From: Pristiophorus japonicus
Taxonomy: Eukaryota
Reading direction: 5' to 3'
Length of the DNA stretch: 64,000 bases
NCBI RefSeq assembly: GCF_044704955.1
Contig: NC_091981.1
Location: 177,940,001-178,004,000, forward strand
The notes under the pieces are model-generated. The model saw only the letters and a program-made list of their open reading frames with translations. It did no database searches and was not told the DNA's origin. Both the position numbers and the translations under genes were made by a program. Every line of letters starts with the position of its first letter. The stretch's first letter is position 1. Shown here one piece after another: positions 62,251 to 64,000 of this stretch.

Positions 62251-64000
62251 GATGATCCGTTGAACGTGGAGGCTGGTGGGGTGAAAGGTGAGGACAAGAG
62301 GAACCCTATCGTGGTTCTGGATGGGAGGGGAAGGGGTGAGATCAGAAGTGCGGGAAATAGAGCAGGCACGGTCGAGGGCCAAAATCAAACACGGTAGAGG
62401 GGAATCCTCGGTTGAGGAAAAAGGAAGACGTATCGGAAGCACTAGTATGGAAGGTGGCATTGTCGGAACTGATACGGTAGAGTTGGAGAAACTGGGAGAA
62501 TGGAATAGGGTCCTTACAGGAAGCGGTGAGGGGATGTGTAGTCCAGGTAGCTGTGTGAGTCAGTGGGCTTATAGTGGATACTGGTCGATAGCCTATCCCC
62601 AGAAATGGAGACGGATAAGTCGAGGAAAGGAAGGGAAGAGTTGGAGATGGACCATGTGAAGGTGAGGGAAGGGTGGAAATTGGAAGCAAAGTAAATGAAA
62701 TGTTTTAGTTCAAGCCGCGAGCAGGAAAAGGCACCGATACAGTCATCAATGTACTGGAAAAAAAGGTGACGCAGGGGACCTGAGTAGGATTGGAACAAAG
62801 AATATTCCACATAGCCCACGAAAAGGTAGGCATAGCTAGGACCCATGCGGGTTCCCATAACAACACCTTTAATTTGAAGGAAGTGAGTGGAGTTGAAGGA
62901 GAAGTTGTTCAATGTGAGAACAAGTTCAGCCAGGTGGAGGAGGATGGTGGTGGATGGGGACTGGCTGGGCCTCTGCTCAAGGCTTCTGTTCTTTCTCTCT
63001 CTTTATTTCTCCTTCTGTACCTGATTTGATTTTGAATTCCTTGCGCTGTTAATTTCACAATGCTTCAACCTGATTGGTTAAGGAGGTACACATAAGGCCC
63101 ATCGTGCTGTGCCGGCTCTTTGAAAGAGCTATCATTTTTGGCAGTACAAGTTCCAAAAGACATTCAGGACTAAAAAGGATTAATCTGTGCTATTTCATTT
63201 CAGTGATGTGTGGCAGTGGTAAAACACTGGCCTTTCCCTGTTTACTCGGGTCCCAGATACCTTGTAGAGGGTGCCACACCATTTCCATCTGCCACATCCA
63301 GCAACAGTGCAGCCCAAAATATTGTTGACATTAAATGGGCCTGGACAAGTCTAACTAACAGTGCCCTGCCACAGGAACGTTTAGGCCAATGTTTGCAAAA
63401 CTATCTTGCAAGTTTCATATCAAGACATCAATTTTACATGAGGGTCTTGAAGTTCGACATTTTAGATTGTTACATCAGTACTACTGTGACAAACTACAGA
63501 GCTTGTGCTAATTGGGAACGCAACTAAAGTTCTCGCAGTCTCTGTTGTGATTAAAGGAAAGATATTGGAAAAGTATTTTTCCAGTTACACGAATTTTAGA
63601 ATTAATATATAAAATGTTAATGCACATTATATATTACTGCAGTATTTTAATTCCTAAGGATTTATATGCTGTATAACATAATAGTTTCTTAATTGAGCGA
63701 ATGGATGGGATTTGTAAATTAACTGCATGCTGCAACAAGCTTGAAATGCCTGGCCCCACATATCCCTGGATTTGGAAATGGGGAGTGAGGGTGAACACAA
63801 AGTTGGAATTGGAACTATTGATATATTTTAAACCAACGTTAAAAAAACATGTGATTATATTTGATAGGAAGTTTTATGGTCTGCCATGGTGTAGGTGGTT
63901 CAGAAATAATGAAAACTATAGGCCCCAGGTTTCTTCAAAACATCTTTCTTTGATATCCAGAATCACATTTTCACCTGCCAGTGCTGAATTCTTTTAAAAC

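Larger units (their letters stand above)
39258..62981 (-). mobile_element. Penelope-like element in three pieces (62981-62251, 60926-60423, 39728-39258)
   Basis: RT FLQIKGVVMGTRMGPSYA, QYIDD, LPFLD; GIY-YIG-type YIEETKRKLGDRFAEH..KLKEQH, continuing to LNIEFNNFR near 39700. Confidence 0.88.

Overview
Eukaryotic, almost entirely repeat-derived DNA. The repeat set (CR1 with TTTCTATG/TTCTTATG tails, L2 and L2-tailed SINEs, RTE, Tx1, Penelope, many PIF/Harbinger elements, Mag-type Gypsy, an ERV) fits a cartilaginous fish; this is inference. No intact host gene was found. Four things stand out. (1) A 1,324-bp solo-LTR-like element (60927-62250; TG..CA ends, 4-bp TSD GATG) carries an exact 312-bp histone H4 reading frame, with no histone UTR, stem-loop or poly(A), in its probable U3. 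(2) A nest of about 24 kb can be rebuilt junction by junction: Penelope > Harbinger (Myb intron) > Gypsy > ERV > Gypsy. (3) The full-length ERV has a tRNA-Ser PBS, a 5-bp TSD, a gamma-type Env and an A-AAA-AAC -1 frameshift at gag-pro. (4) Three divergent Tx1 fragments alternate with near-identical 103-bp units, each holding a tRNA-Gln pseudogene. Coordinates were read by eye and may be off by a few bases.
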